Numbered from the stretch's first letter, positions 36,999-45,649 are shown. The stretch is 64,000 nt of DNA from Candidatus Xenobia bacterium (GCA_045863235.1 BTUM01000030.1:17543-81542); one strand, 5' to 3'. The notes: generated by a model from the letters alone, not told the origin. Numbers and translations: made by a program.

Positions 36999-38760
36999 CC
37001 ACGTTGGTGTTGTAGCTCTTGGGCTTCTCCTGCGGGGCGGCTGCCAACTCGGGGCCGCTCTCGCTTCGATCCTGAGCGGCTTGCTGCAGGGCCGCCAGAC
37101 ATTCCTCTAAGTTGGGGTAGCGCTCGGAGGGGTCCTTGGCCAGCATCCGCAGCACCACTTTGTCGATCGAGTCCGGGATCTCGGGTCGCCACTCGCGCAT
37201 GGAAACGACTTTTTCGCTCAGGTGGCTGAAGAGCAGCGCTACCGAGTCTTCGTTGGCGAAGGGGCGCCGCCCGGTCAGGATCTCGTAGAACGTGATCCCC
37301 AGCGAATACTGGTCCGAGCTCTTGTTCATGCCCCCGCCCGTGATCTGCTCAGGGGAGACGTAAGCGGGAGTGCCCAGTACCGAGCCCGACTGGGTGATCT
37401 GGGTGTTGACGGCCTGGTCTCGGGCCAGGCCAAAGTCCATGATCTTGATCCGGCCGTCCTTGGTAACCATGATGTTGTCGGGCTTGATGTCGCGGTGGAC
37501 CACCCCTTCCTTGTGGGCGTGGGCCAGGCCCCGGAGCATCTGCTCGAAGTAGTGCAACGCCTCGCCGATGGGGAAGTTGGGACGAACGTAATCGCGCAGG
37601 GGCACCCCTTCGACGAGCTCCATCGCGAGGTAGAGGTGGCCGTCCTTGTCGCCAAAGTCCACCACCCGCACGATGGCCGGATCGCTGAGCTTCCTGCTCA
37701 CCTGGATCTCGCGCTGGAATCGCTTGCGGAACTCGTCGTTCTCGGACAGGTCCAGGTTCATCAGCTTGAGGGCCACTGCGGGGGCTTCGTCGCCGAGCAA
37801 GAGGTCGTCGTCGCTGATGGCTTTGTAGACCACGGCCATGCCGCCGGCGCCCAGTTTGCTCATCACGCGCCAGTTGCCGAGCAGCGTGCCGATCCACTTG
37901 TCTTCTCTGTTCAGGGCCATCTTCTCCAGGTCGGCCAGGCGAGCCTCGCGGGCCCGCAAGAAGCGCATGACCTTGCGCCGCCTGAGCTCGAAAACGGTGG
38001 CTCCACCCAGCGCGGCCAGCACCAGGGGAATGCCGATTGCCAGTTGCACGGGGTGGAGCCTGGCATACCAGTAGAGGGGGGCCCACCAGTACATTGGCGC
38101 GAGCTGATAGGAGCCCACGCTGGGGAAGCGACCCTTTTGATCAGGAGCGGTGATGACTCCGTTGGCGGTCATAGGGGCGGAGTTGTGGTAATACTTGACG
38201 TTGCGAAACTCGACGACAGGGTCCTTTTCGCTTTGCGACTCCGGGTGCCAGAAATCGGAGCGGGTGAAGCGGATGGGCTGACAGGAGATTCCGATCGGCT
38301 TGCCCTGCGCGTTTGGGCTGGAGACATTGCTCAAGACCACCTCGGCCCCTGGTGGGTAGGTCCAGAAGACGACGGTTGTCTCGTAGTCGGGTCTCATCTC
38401 CACGTGGGGCCCCTCACGGGGCGGAGGCCAGACGCCCTGGCGCAGGCTCTCCCACTGCTCGCGCGCCCTGGTCTGCAACATTCCCTGGCTGAGAGCGGGA
38501 TCATACAGGCTCACCCATTCCTCGAGATGGCCTTCGGCTCGAAAGATCAGTGTGTAATTCGGCTGCCCCTGTAACCGGTCCAGGTCGAGCTCGATCGGTT
38601 CCCTGGTCGTTCCCAGGAACTCGGGCGGCTTGTTGGGATCGACTCGGAGAAAGACCTGCGTGTTGATCTTACCGTCCACGGAGGTCTTGAACTGCACTTT
38701 GACCTTCTCGGCCAGAGCCGGGCCCGTCAGCAGCGCAAGCAGGAGGACCAGGAGCCTCAA
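36991..38760 (-). CDS. Hanks-type Ser/Thr kinase with N-terminal extracellular domain and C-terminal kinase domain
   Basis: Signal peptide and a TM near residue 250, then LGAGGMAVVY, VALK, HRDIKPDN, DFG, GTPAYVSPE and DQYSLG. Confidence 0.95.
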   Translation of the reverse strand: MRLLVLLLALLTGPALAEKVKVQFKTSVDGKINTQVFLRVDPNKPPEFLGTTREPIELDLDRLQGQPNYTLIFRAEGHLEEWVSLYDPALSQGMLQTRAREQWESLRQGVWPPPREGPHVEMRPDYETTVVFWTYPPGAEVVLSNVSSPNAQGKPIGISCQPIRFTRSDFWHPESQSEKDPVVEFRNVKYYHNSAPMTANGVITAPDQKGRFPSVGSYQLAPMYWWAPLYWYARLHPVQLAIGIPLVLAALGGATVFELRRRKVMRFLRAREARLADLEKMALNREDKWIGTLLGNWRVMSKLGAGGMAVVYKAISDDDLLLGDEAPAVALKLMNLDLSENDEFRKRFQREIQVSRKLSDPAIVRVVDFGDKDGHLYLAMELVEGVPLRDYVRPNFPIGEALHYFEQMLRGLAHAHKEGVVHRDIKPDNIMVTKDGRIKIMDFGLARDQAVNTQITQSGSVLGTPAYVSPEQITGGGMNKSSDQYSLGITFYEILTGRRPFANEDSVALLFSHLSEKVVSMREWRPEIPDSIDKVVLRMLAKDPSERYPNLEECLAALQQAAQDRSESGPELAAAPQEKPKSYNTNVAS

Positions 38761-39377
38761 CTGTCGTTCCGCACGGTCACCGCCCGACGAAGCTCGAGAG
38801 TCTCCAACTTCTGAGAATGGGGCACCGTTTGCTGCAGAGTCAGTCTGATCTCGATCAGGGAGCGGCCTGGATTGGTCACCGTGAATGCTTCCACGTCGCT
38901 GGCCAGAGTCATCTCGGTGGCGTTGGACTGGTTGGCGATCTGGAGCAGATCGGCGGGAGAGATGCGCAGCGGATGGCTGGCGTTGAAGGGCAGGCCCAGG
39001 GCCGGAGGATCGGGAGGGTAGGTCTCGCGCGTCAACCTGCGCTGGGTGGGGTAGTAGAAATAGCAGACGGCCCCGGTCTCCCAGACCTGCGACGCATCCG
39101 AGCTCGAGAGCAGGCGCACGATCCCGATTCCTGTCGGGTCGGTCGCGTTGGGGGGCAAGAAGCCCACCGACCCGATCGAGGCTTGCTCCAGGTCGTTCAC
39201 CATGCGGTTGATGGCAATGGCTCCCCGCTGCTGCATCTCGGCCCGAATCGAGCCCTGGGCCGACATGGCCATGGCCGGGAAGAGGAAATTGATGACCATG
39301 AGGCCGAGCAGGGCGACCACGATGCAGGCCACCATCATCTCGACCACGGACATGCCGCGTCGACTGTGGAGTTTCAG
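38757..39377 (-). CDS. Minor pilin/pseudopilin (PilW-like)
   Basis: Class III signal SRRG|MSVVEMMVACIVVALLGL with Glu+5. Exact start uncertain. Confidence 0.8.
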   Translation of the reverse strand: MKLHSRRGMSVVEMMVACIVVALLGLMVINFLFPAMAMSAQGSIRAEMQQRGAIAINRMVNDLEQASIGSVGFLPPNATDPTGIGIVRLLSSSDASQVWETGAVCYFYYPTQRRLTRETYPPDPPALGLPFNASHPLRISPADLLQIANQSNATEMTLASDVEAFTVTNPGRSLIEIRLTLQQTVPHSQKLETLELRRAVTVRNDS

Positions 39378-39769
39378 GGTTTGAGCTTGCTGACCCACAC
39401 TTCCCTCTGCACCGCTCGGGTCACGCTTTGAAAGGTCCAACTGACCCGGACCCGCACCCCTTTGACGAGGTCTGCCCGGGTCCCTGGCACGTCGAAGATG
39501 GTCAACTCGGGACGATACACGACCGCGTTGACGGTGCGGGTGGCCAGGGCGGTGGGGCCGCCTACCGGCAGAGTGTCGAAGGGCTCAGCTCGATAGATCT
39601 CCACCCAGGTCTGGGCCTCTTGCTCGGCGATGATCTGGCATTCGCCGCGCTTCAAGGCGTACATCGACGAGGGAAACAGGTTGAAGACGGCCAGCATGAC
39701 CAGACAGAGCACGAAGCAGGAGGCGATCGTCTCCATCAGGGTCATCCCGCGCCGGGGGAGAGCTACCAC
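39374..39769 (-). CDS. Minor pilin/pseudopilin (PilV-like)
   Basis: Class III signal PRRG|MTLMETIASCFVLCLVML with Glu+5; C-terminal VRVRVSW. Confidence 0.85.
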   Translation of the reverse strand: MVALPRRGMTLMETIASCFVLCLVMLAVFNLFPSSMYALKRGECQIIAEQEAQTWVEIYRAEPFDTLPVGGPTALATRTVNAVVYRPELTIFDVPGTRADLVKGVRVRVSWTFQSVTRAVQREVWVSKLKP

Positions 39770-41703
39770 TGGTCGCCCCAGTAGAGCACCTTCATCTTGT
39801 CTCGCAGGTCGGCGAAGAGGCTGTCGTTGAGGCTGATGGTGAATTCTTCCACGGCCACGGGGGGCGGGGGAGGCGGGGCCGAGCCCCAGGAGGCGGGTGG
39901 AGCATTGGCTGCAATGTAGGTGTTCATCTCCGCCAGGGGGAGGCTGCTCGCATACATCGATTGCAGGTTGGCGTTGATCCAGCTGCCCACCTTCGGAGCG
40001 GCCGAGGGAAGGGGCGGCGGGAGAATGATCCCGAGGAATAACTCGTTGTTCAGAGCGGTTTCTTCGTTAGCCGCCCAGTTTGATGCACCGTATGTGGCGA
40101 CAACGTGGGACTTCAGCATTTGGGGGAGCGAGCCGCCTGCGGTGGGGTTCTGGAGGTCGCTGTAGGAAACCGGCGGACCGAAAGGACCACCGCCAACGGA
40201 AACCTCCCACTGCATGTCTGGAGCCAGTGTGGCACCATTGGGGGCCGCATAGGCTGGAGGCGGGCCCGGGGTGTAAAAGTAACCCGGAGGAGGGGGTGTC
40301 GGCATGGAGGGCCGCAAGCTGAACGACACATTCTGCCCGCCCTCGGTTGAATAGGTCAGTCCGGATGATGGCGTGCCCACCCACGCGGTTGGCTGGGTCG
40401 GGAAAGTCCCTCCCGTAGAACCGCCTCCGGATCCACCGGCGTTCTGTCCGACCTGAATGGTGATCTCGGTAGCCTGCTTGCTGTATGCGATATCAACGTT
40501 GTTCAGGGCGACATTGCTTCCTCCGGGCGCATTGGCCACCGCTGCGCCCCCCAGGGTAACCCAGTCGGCGGAAAGATCGCCTTCGGTGTAGATCAGCCCT
40601 TTGAACTGAGCTCCGTCAGCCTGATTTGCCTGCAACCTCAGTCCACCGCCGGAGAGCACAGCCGCCATGTTGTCGCTGGCAAGAGATCCTCCGCCAAAGA
40701 CTTCGACCTGTCCCGTGACGATGACCGCTCCAGTCCCTTTGATTCCGCCATTGACGGAGAGGTTCCCGTCCACATACAAAACCCCAGAGTCGAGTGTCAG
40801 ACCTCCCGACACGAATAGATCTCCGCCACTTCGCGTCCAGTTGTTGACCACCAGGTTGCTCTGGTTTCCACTGACCGTCACCAGTCCGGCCTTGCTGGCC
40901 GGATCATAGTCGGTGAGGTTCAGCTTCGGGAGATAAGCTTTGTCGCTGTTTGGCAGAATGGACCCGTCCACAATCACGGTGCTGGTGTCCCAATCGATCC
41001 CTCCGACTGCTCTGGCATCCCCGGTGATATGAATGTTCGGGCCCTGTAACTGCATTGCCTGGGTGGCATCTGTTGAGTTCGAAGCGATGTCTCCGGGTTG
41101 GATCTGGTCCGGTGGAACATTGGCCAGTCCACCTGAGGACAACAGGGAAAGGTCGTCAAGAGAGGCCACTTTCAGGCCGCCATTGCTGGTGATACGGCCC
41201 GAGGACGCGATCGAGTATGGAAACTTGGGGATCAGTAGAATTGCTTCTACCCGGCGCTCCACCCCGTTGCAGACCCCTCGGCCAATCACGTGAACTCCGT
41301 GGGCCGGCACTACGCGACCCAGGTCACCAATTTTCGATACATCCGCGCTGATGTTGTTGGTTGAATAGGGCACGGATAGTCCGGGGGCCTGTGTGGAGTC
41401 AAAGCAGACTGTACCCGACCCCGGGGCTTCGGTGGCCGCAATCGGCAGGTTCAGGGTGCCGTTGAAGTCCGGGTTGGAGGCTTCTCGGTCGCTGATGACG
41501 CGATCGATGGCCATGGCGACCACCGATTCAGCTCGATTGCGAGCCACTTCGGCATTGCTCAGCCGGCTGCTGACCGACAGGTGCGAGAAACTTACGCTGG
41601 CCACAGTAAAGGCAAGCGTCACGATGATTGTGATAACGACCAGGGTGTTGGCAAGTCCGACACCGGTGGGGTCTGAGCCCCGAGGTGGAAGCTTTCGTGC
41701 CAT
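39763..41703 (-). CDS. Large PilX/GspK-like pilin with Gly-rich beta-helix-like region
   Basis: PTG|VGLANTLVVITIIVTL (no Glu+5, as in PilX), ARNRAESVV, GRGVCNGVERRVEA, VLYVDGNLSVNGG and FKGLIYTEGD. Confidence 0.78.
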   Translation of the reverse strand: MARKLPPRGSDPTGVGLANTLVVITIIVTLAFTVASVSFSHLSVSSRLSNAEVARNRAESVVAMAIDRVISDREASNPDFNGTLNLPIAATEAPGSGTVCFDSTQAPGLSVPYSTNNISADVSKIGDLGRVVPAHGVHVIGRGVCNGVERRVEAILLIPKFPYSIASSGRITSNGGLKVASLDDLSLLSSGGLANVPPDQIQPGDIASNSTDATQAMQLQGPNIHITGDARAVGGIDWDTSTVIVDGSILPNSDKAYLPKLNLTDYDPASKAGLVTVSGNQSNLVVNNWTRSGGDLFVSGGLTLDSGVLYVDGNLSVNGGIKGTGAVIVTGQVEVFGGGSLASDNMAAVLSGGGLRLQANQADGAQFKGLIYTEGDLSADWVTLGGAAVANAPGGSNVALNNVDIAYSKQATEITIQVGQNAGGSGGGSTGGTFPTQPTAWVGTPSSGLTYSTEGGQNVSFSLRPSMPTPPPPGYFYTPGPPPAYAAPNGATLAPDMQWEVSVGGGPFGPPVSYSDLQNPTAGGSLPQMLKSHVVATYGASNWAANEETALNNELFLGIILPPPLPSAAPKVGSWINANLQSMYASSLPLAEMNTYIAANAPPASWGSAPPPPPPVAVEEFTISLNDSLFADLRDKMKVLYWGDQW

Positions 41704-41847
41704 TTTTCCTCCCGATTGGCTGGAAAGGGCTCTCCCTTTCCGCTCACATACGCATCCCGTCTTGCCTCACCCAGAAGCAGTTTAGCAAAAGATTCCTGCA
41801 CCGACCACGTTTGCCGCACCCTGCCCCGACAAACTTGTTGGAGACCC

Positions 41848-41897
41848 CCAGGAGCGCAGTCAAAACCCCTTGACACGGTTTTCCGGCTGCGCGACGC
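41848..41897 (+). repeat. ~50-bp non-coding element, copy 1 (contains TTGACA)
   Basis: CCAGGAGCGCAGTCAAAACCCCTTGACACGGTTTTCCGGCTGCGCGACGC; 46 of 50 positions match copy 2 at 45579. Confidence 0.85.
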
Positions 41898-41997
41898 CCA
41901 AGTTGTGCCCTCAACAGATTGTGTAGCAGGCTGATGCCCTACACAACCTGTTTTGCATCAGCCTGCTAGCACTCCGGTTAAGAGTGTTTAACAATGG

Positions 41998-42026
41998 TTG
42001 CTGTCGAGCCGACAGGGTGTTAGACT
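41998..42026 (+). promoter_or_regulatory. Possible sigma-70 promoter for the 42056 gene
   Basis: TTGCTG-17 bp-TAGACT with extended -10 TG; GGAGG upstream of the ATG. Confidence 0.4.
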
Positions 42027-42055
42027 GAGCTTAGTTCCACGGAGGTGCCCAAAGG

Positions 42056-43159
42056 ATGTTGAAACGTCTCTCGATTTTCGCCGGTCTGACTTTGCTCCTG
42101 GTCGCTCCCTCGGTCGCTGCCGTCAGCGACGAGAACGCGGGCACGGACGCCACCACAACCCGGACCTTCCAGCGCAATACCGAAGCGCATTACGGTACGC
42201 AGACCGTGACGGGAGGCTACCAGGAATCCAATGATTTCTTGTATATGACCGACCATATCAGCGATGGTCTGAGAATCCAGATCCAGAATGATCCCACGGT
42301 CGACTCACGGGTGAAGAACAATCTGGGCAGTTGGGTCGATCTGGGCGTGACGAACGTCGAGTGGGTCGTAGGCACTCCTGAGGGCTTGGACGCCGCCGGG
42401 AATCTCTACAACGACCTGACCAACATCTCGGGTAGGACCATCGTGAGTGTCAGTGTTGGTCCTTCGGTCAACCGTGGAACCCGTAATTATCTGCTGGAGA
42501 GCTTCAACACGACCGAGGTTGGTCCCGTGGTTGTGGGTGACCCGGACGGTCAGGTCTTTGGCGCCGACGGGCAGACGGTCCAGGTCACGAATAATTTTGA
42601 GGCCAATGTGACCTACTACGAGCGCAACTCCACCGTCTGCGTCAGCCCGCTGGTGCTCGACCTGGACGGCGACGGCAAGCTCGAGGCTTCCAACGGCCAG
42701 TGGCTGCCCCACCCGATGACGAAAGAGTCCACCGCTCGTCGGGCCGTGTTCGACTTCTACGGCAACGGCTTCCCGGTCGAGCTGGAGTGGGTCGGCGCCA
42801 ACGACGGGCTGCTGGTGATGCCCAAGGCCGACGGAAGCGTCGACGGCACCTGCCTGTTCGGTACCGCCACCGGCTTCGACAGCGGCTTCCACCAGTTGGC
42901 CACCCTGGACAAGAACGGCGACCTCAAGATTTCCGGCCAGGAGCTGGAGGGTCTGGCGGTGTGGCAGGACAAGAACGGCGACGCGATCGCCGTGGCGTCC
43001 GAAGTCACCCCGGTGCAGACGATGGGCATCAAGGAGATCGGACTGAAGCACACCAAGATGGTCGGCTCGGTCACGGTCAACGGCAAGCAGATGAAGATGT
43101 GGGACTGGTGGCCGAACGGGTTCGACCTGAGAAAGCGTCAGGTGAACCAGCCGCGCTGA
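42056..43159 (+). CDS. Secreted protein with C-terminal FrpC-like self-processing module (Ca-binding)
   Basis: Signal peptide; SPLVLDLDGDG...FDFYGNG...WVGANDGLLV...DGTCLFG...GFHQLATLDKNGD...VWQDKNGD, collinear with the FrpC SPM. Confidence 0.8.
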   Translation: MLKRLSIFAGLTLLLVAPSVAAVSDENAGTDATTTRTFQRNTEAHYGTQTVTGGYQESNDFLYMTDHISDGLRIQIQNDPTVDSRVKNNLGSWVDLGVTNVEWVVGTPEGLDAAGNLYNDLTNISGRTIVSVSVGPSVNRGTRNYLLESFNTTEVGPVVVGDPDGQVFGADGQTVQVTNNFEANVTYYERNSTVCVSPLVLDLDGDGKLEASNGQWLPHPMTKESTARRAVFDFYGNGFPVELEWVGANDGLLVMPKADGSVDGTCLFGTATGFDSGFHQLATLDKNGDLKISGQELEGLAVWQDKNGDAIAVASEVTPVQTMGIKEIGLKHTKMVGSVTVNGKQMKMWDWWPNGFDLRKRQVNQPR

Positions 43160-43189
43160 GTCGCGCGAGTTAAACTCGGTCCAGTCAGG

Positions 43190-43214
43190 GCCCGGCTTCA
43201 CCGCCGGGCTTTTT
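43190..43214 (+). terminator. Intrinsic terminator
   Basis: GCCCGGC-TTCACC-GCCGGGC followed by TTTTT. Confidence 0.8.
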
Positions 43215-43230
43215 GCCTTCTGTAAGGCAG

Positions 43231-43239
43231 TGCTATAAT
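43231..43239 (+). promoter_or_regulatory. Extended -10 promoter (TGcTATAAT)
   Basis: Perfect TGnTATAAT in GC-rich DNA, upstream of the cyclase gene. Confidence 0.55.
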
Positions 43240-43243
43240 GTTG

Positions 43244-43352
43244 CGGGTCGAGCGCGAGCGGCAGAGAGCGGAGTCTGCTGGTCGAGGAGCGCCGGCGTCG
43301 CGAGGCGGCGCAGGTTGCGCGAGTTCGGCATCAACCCCGTGGAGCTGTTAAG
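43244..43352 (+). pseudogene. Frameshifted relic resembling the coiled-coil C-tail of Uma2/DUF820-type proteins
   Basis: Three frames give RVERERQRAE / LLVEERRRREAAQ / RLREFGINPVELL. Confidence 0.35.
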
Positions 43353-43427
43353 CGCTGGAAAGGGTGGCCCCTCGGGGGCAGAGAAGATCGCTCAGGGGAG
43401 AAGTGTGGTAGCAGGCGCGGCAAACTG

Positions 43428-44705
43428 ATGGGCAGACCCGACGAGTCGACCGTAAGGACGGAGACCAGGGGGCGCCAGGGCCGGGAATGGGTTCGTACCG
43501 GCCTTGATTTTCTCATTGTCGACCCTGAGGGCAATGAGCGCCGCGTGCCCCTGAGCTTTGCCCAGATGAACATCGGCTCGCCCGGGGCCAAAGAGAACGA
43601 CATCGTGCTCGAGGGCGAGGGCATCGCCAATCGTCAGGCCATTCTCCATTACCGCGACGGCCAGGTCTTCTTTACCAACGTGAACAACGCGATGCCGGCC
43701 CTCCTGGCCGGAAATGCCACGACCTTCCGCCAACTCACCCCTCAGGACGAACTCGAGCTGGGAGGCTATCGGCTGCGAATCGTCGAGCTCCAAGATCAGG
43801 TTTCATTCATGGAGGGCTATACCGACCCTTATCGTGATCGCCAGTGGGGGCTGGGAAGCGAGCCTACCACCATCGGACGGGGGGGCACTCGGCGCAACCG
43901 AATCGAGCTCGAGGACCCGACCGTGTCACGCCAGCACGCAACCATCGAGAACGTTGGCGGGGCCTTCTATCTCCGGCCCGAGAGCAAGAGCGGCCCCACC
44001 TTCGTCAACGGCGAGTCCATCGAGGGACTGCGGGCCCTGGTAGACGGAGACCTGATCCAGCTCGGCCAGCAGGTGCTGCGCTTCCGTTCCTGTCGGGCCG
44101 CGGCTCGCACGCGGGCGCTCATCCCACGCGAGGCCACCATCTTGTTCTCGGACATCTGGAACTACTCCACCCTGGCCGAGGGGCGACCGCTGGAAGAGAC
44201 CATCGCGCAGCTCAACGACTTCTACCGGGCCATGGGCAAGGTGATCCTGGCTCACGGCGGGGTCTTGATGACCTATCTCGGCGACGCCCTGATGGCCGTG
44301 TTCGGGGCCGAAGGCCCGGACGAGGAGGCTCCCCGCCAGGCCGTGAGTGCGGGTCTGGAGATGCACAAGGTGCTCGAAGAGCTCAACGCTCGCTACCAGG
44401 TTGAATCGGTGCCCCTGATGCGCATCGGGGTGGGCATCAATACCGGCGAGGTGATGGTGGGCGACGTGGGTTTCACCGGCTGTCGCGAGTTCGCAGCCGT
44501 GGGCGACGCCACCAATCTGGCCGCCAGGATCGAGAAGTTGACTCGCGAGTTCGACGTCCAGGTCGTCATCACGGAATGGACCGAGTTGGCCGTGCGGGGG
44601 CACTTTGTCACGCGCAGCCTGGGCAGCACTCAGGTCAAGGGCCGCCGGGCCCCGGTGGACCTCTTCGAAGTGATCGGCCCGGCCGACCCCAACGGGGTTT
44701 CCTGA
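43428..44705 (+). CDS. FHA-FHA-class III nucleotide cyclase
   Basis: Degenerate FHA, then a canonical FHA (TIGR...VSRQHA...TFVNG...LVDGDLIQLG); cyclase motifs ILFSDI, LGDALMAVFG, GINTGEV, VGDATNLAARIE and VKGR. Confidence 0.92.
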   Translation: MGRPDESTVRTETRGRQGREWVRTGLDFLIVDPEGNERRVPLSFAQMNIGSPGAKENDIVLEGEGIANRQAILHYRDGQVFFTNVNNAMPALLAGNATTFRQLTPQDELELGGYRLRIVELQDQVSFMEGYTDPYRDRQWGLGSEPTTIGRGGTRRNRIELEDPTVSRQHATIENVGGAFYLRPESKSGPTFVNGESIEGLRALVDGDLIQLGQQVLRFRSCRAAARTRALIPREATILFSDIWNYSTLAEGRPLEETIAQLNDFYRAMGKVILAHGGVLMTYLGDALMAVFGAEGPDEEAPRQAVSAGLEMHKVLEELNARYQVESVPLMRIGVGINTGEVMVGDVGFTGCREFAAVGDATNLAARIEKLTREFDVQVVITEWTELAVRGHFVTRSLGSTQVKGRRAPVDLFEVIGPADPNGVS

Positions 44706-44710
44706 CGCTC

Positions 44711-44739
44711 TTTACAGCCCCCCTTCGGATGACTAAAAT
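44711..44739 (+). promoter_or_regulatory. Sigma-70 promoter, probably giving a leaderless mRNA
   Basis: TTTACA-17 bp-TAAAAT, with the ATG 8 nt downstream and no RBS. Confidence 0.6.
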
Positions 44740-44747
44740 CAAGCGTT

Positions 44748-45500
44748 ATGCGTCAACGAGAACAACTCCGCTTTCTGTTGCTGGAAGCCCGCCTTGACCC
44801 CGAGATGCGTGAGCACGAGCGTTCGTGTCTTCTGTCCGCCGGGCACCTCAAGCCCGAGCAGGTCCAGATCCACAACGTCCTCGAGCACACGCCTCACGAA
44901 GGCCTTCTTGCCGACTATGACGCGGTGGTGATCGGAGGGACGGGGGACTTCGCCGTGTCCACCGACCGCCCCGATTGGTATCCGCCGCTGGAGGAGTTTA
45001 CGCGCCTGCTGCTCAACCGTCAGGTCCCCAGCCTGGGCCTTTGCTACGGATTTCACCTCATGGCCGCGGCCATCGGCGGGCGGGTCGAGAAGCGGCCCGA
45101 GGACGGCGAGACGGGCACCCATGAGGTCGAGTTGACGCCCGAGGGGCAGGATGACGTTCTCTTTCACCAGATCCCCCCGCGCTTCGGGGCCCAGCAAGGT
45201 CACCACGACGTGGTGATGGAGGTGCCCGGCCCCTTCCTTCGGCTGGCCACCAGCCAGAAGTGCGCCTGGCAGGCCCTGCGCCATCCCACCCTGCCCTTCT
45301 ACGGACTGCAGTTTCATCCTGAGCTCAGCCGGGAAGACTTCATGCTGCGCATGCGCAAGTACAGGCATGTCTACGCGGCCACGCCGGGGCTGTACGAGCG
45401 CATCGATGCCTCGGTCAAGGAAACGACCGTCCAGGGCGTGATCAAGAACTTCATCGACAGCGTCGTGTTGGGAAAGCCCGCTCCGACCGCCGGGGCCTGA
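44748..45500 (+). CDS. Class I glutamine amidotransferase (GMP-synthase-like)
   Basis: PSLGLCYGFH nucleophile elbow and GLQFHPE. Confidence 0.9.
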   Translation: MRQREQLRFLLLEARLDPEMREHERSCLLSAGHLKPEQVQIHNVLEHTPHEGLLADYDAVVIGGTGDFAVSTDRPDWYPPLEEFTRLLLNRQVPSLGLCYGFHLMAAAIGGRVEKRPEDGETGTHEVELTPEGQDDVLFHQIPPRFGAQQGHHDVVMEVPGPFLRLATSQKCAWQALRHPTLPFYGLQFHPELSREDFMLRMRKYRHVYAATPGLYERIDASVKETTVQGVIKNFIDSVVLGKPAPTAGA

Positions 45501-45578
45501 AGGACCTGGCCAGCCGGTGGCGCAAGTCCTTCAAGGTTCGAGAAACCCGATCCGGGGAGGATTTGATGAGACCACTGG

Positions 45579-45630
45579 CCAGGAGCGCAGCCACAACCCC
45601 CCTTGACACAGTTTTCCGGCCGCGCGACGC
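45579..45630 (+). repeat. ~50-bp non-coding element, copy 2
   Basis: CCAGGAGCGCAGCCACAACCCCCCTTGACACAGTTTTCCGGCCGCGCGACGC, ending 20 nt before ATG 45650. Confidence 0.85.
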
Positions 45631-45649
45631 AGGTTCCCTCCGACACCTC

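Noticed and set aside
41704..42055. c-di-GMP or other known riboswitch
   Set aside because: I could not find the consensus of any known class by eye; kept only as unexplained hairpins.
43245..43427. 6S RNA or other ncRNA after the TATAAT promoter
   Set aside because: No long end-to-end complementarity or terminator is evident; the region reads better as a coding relic.
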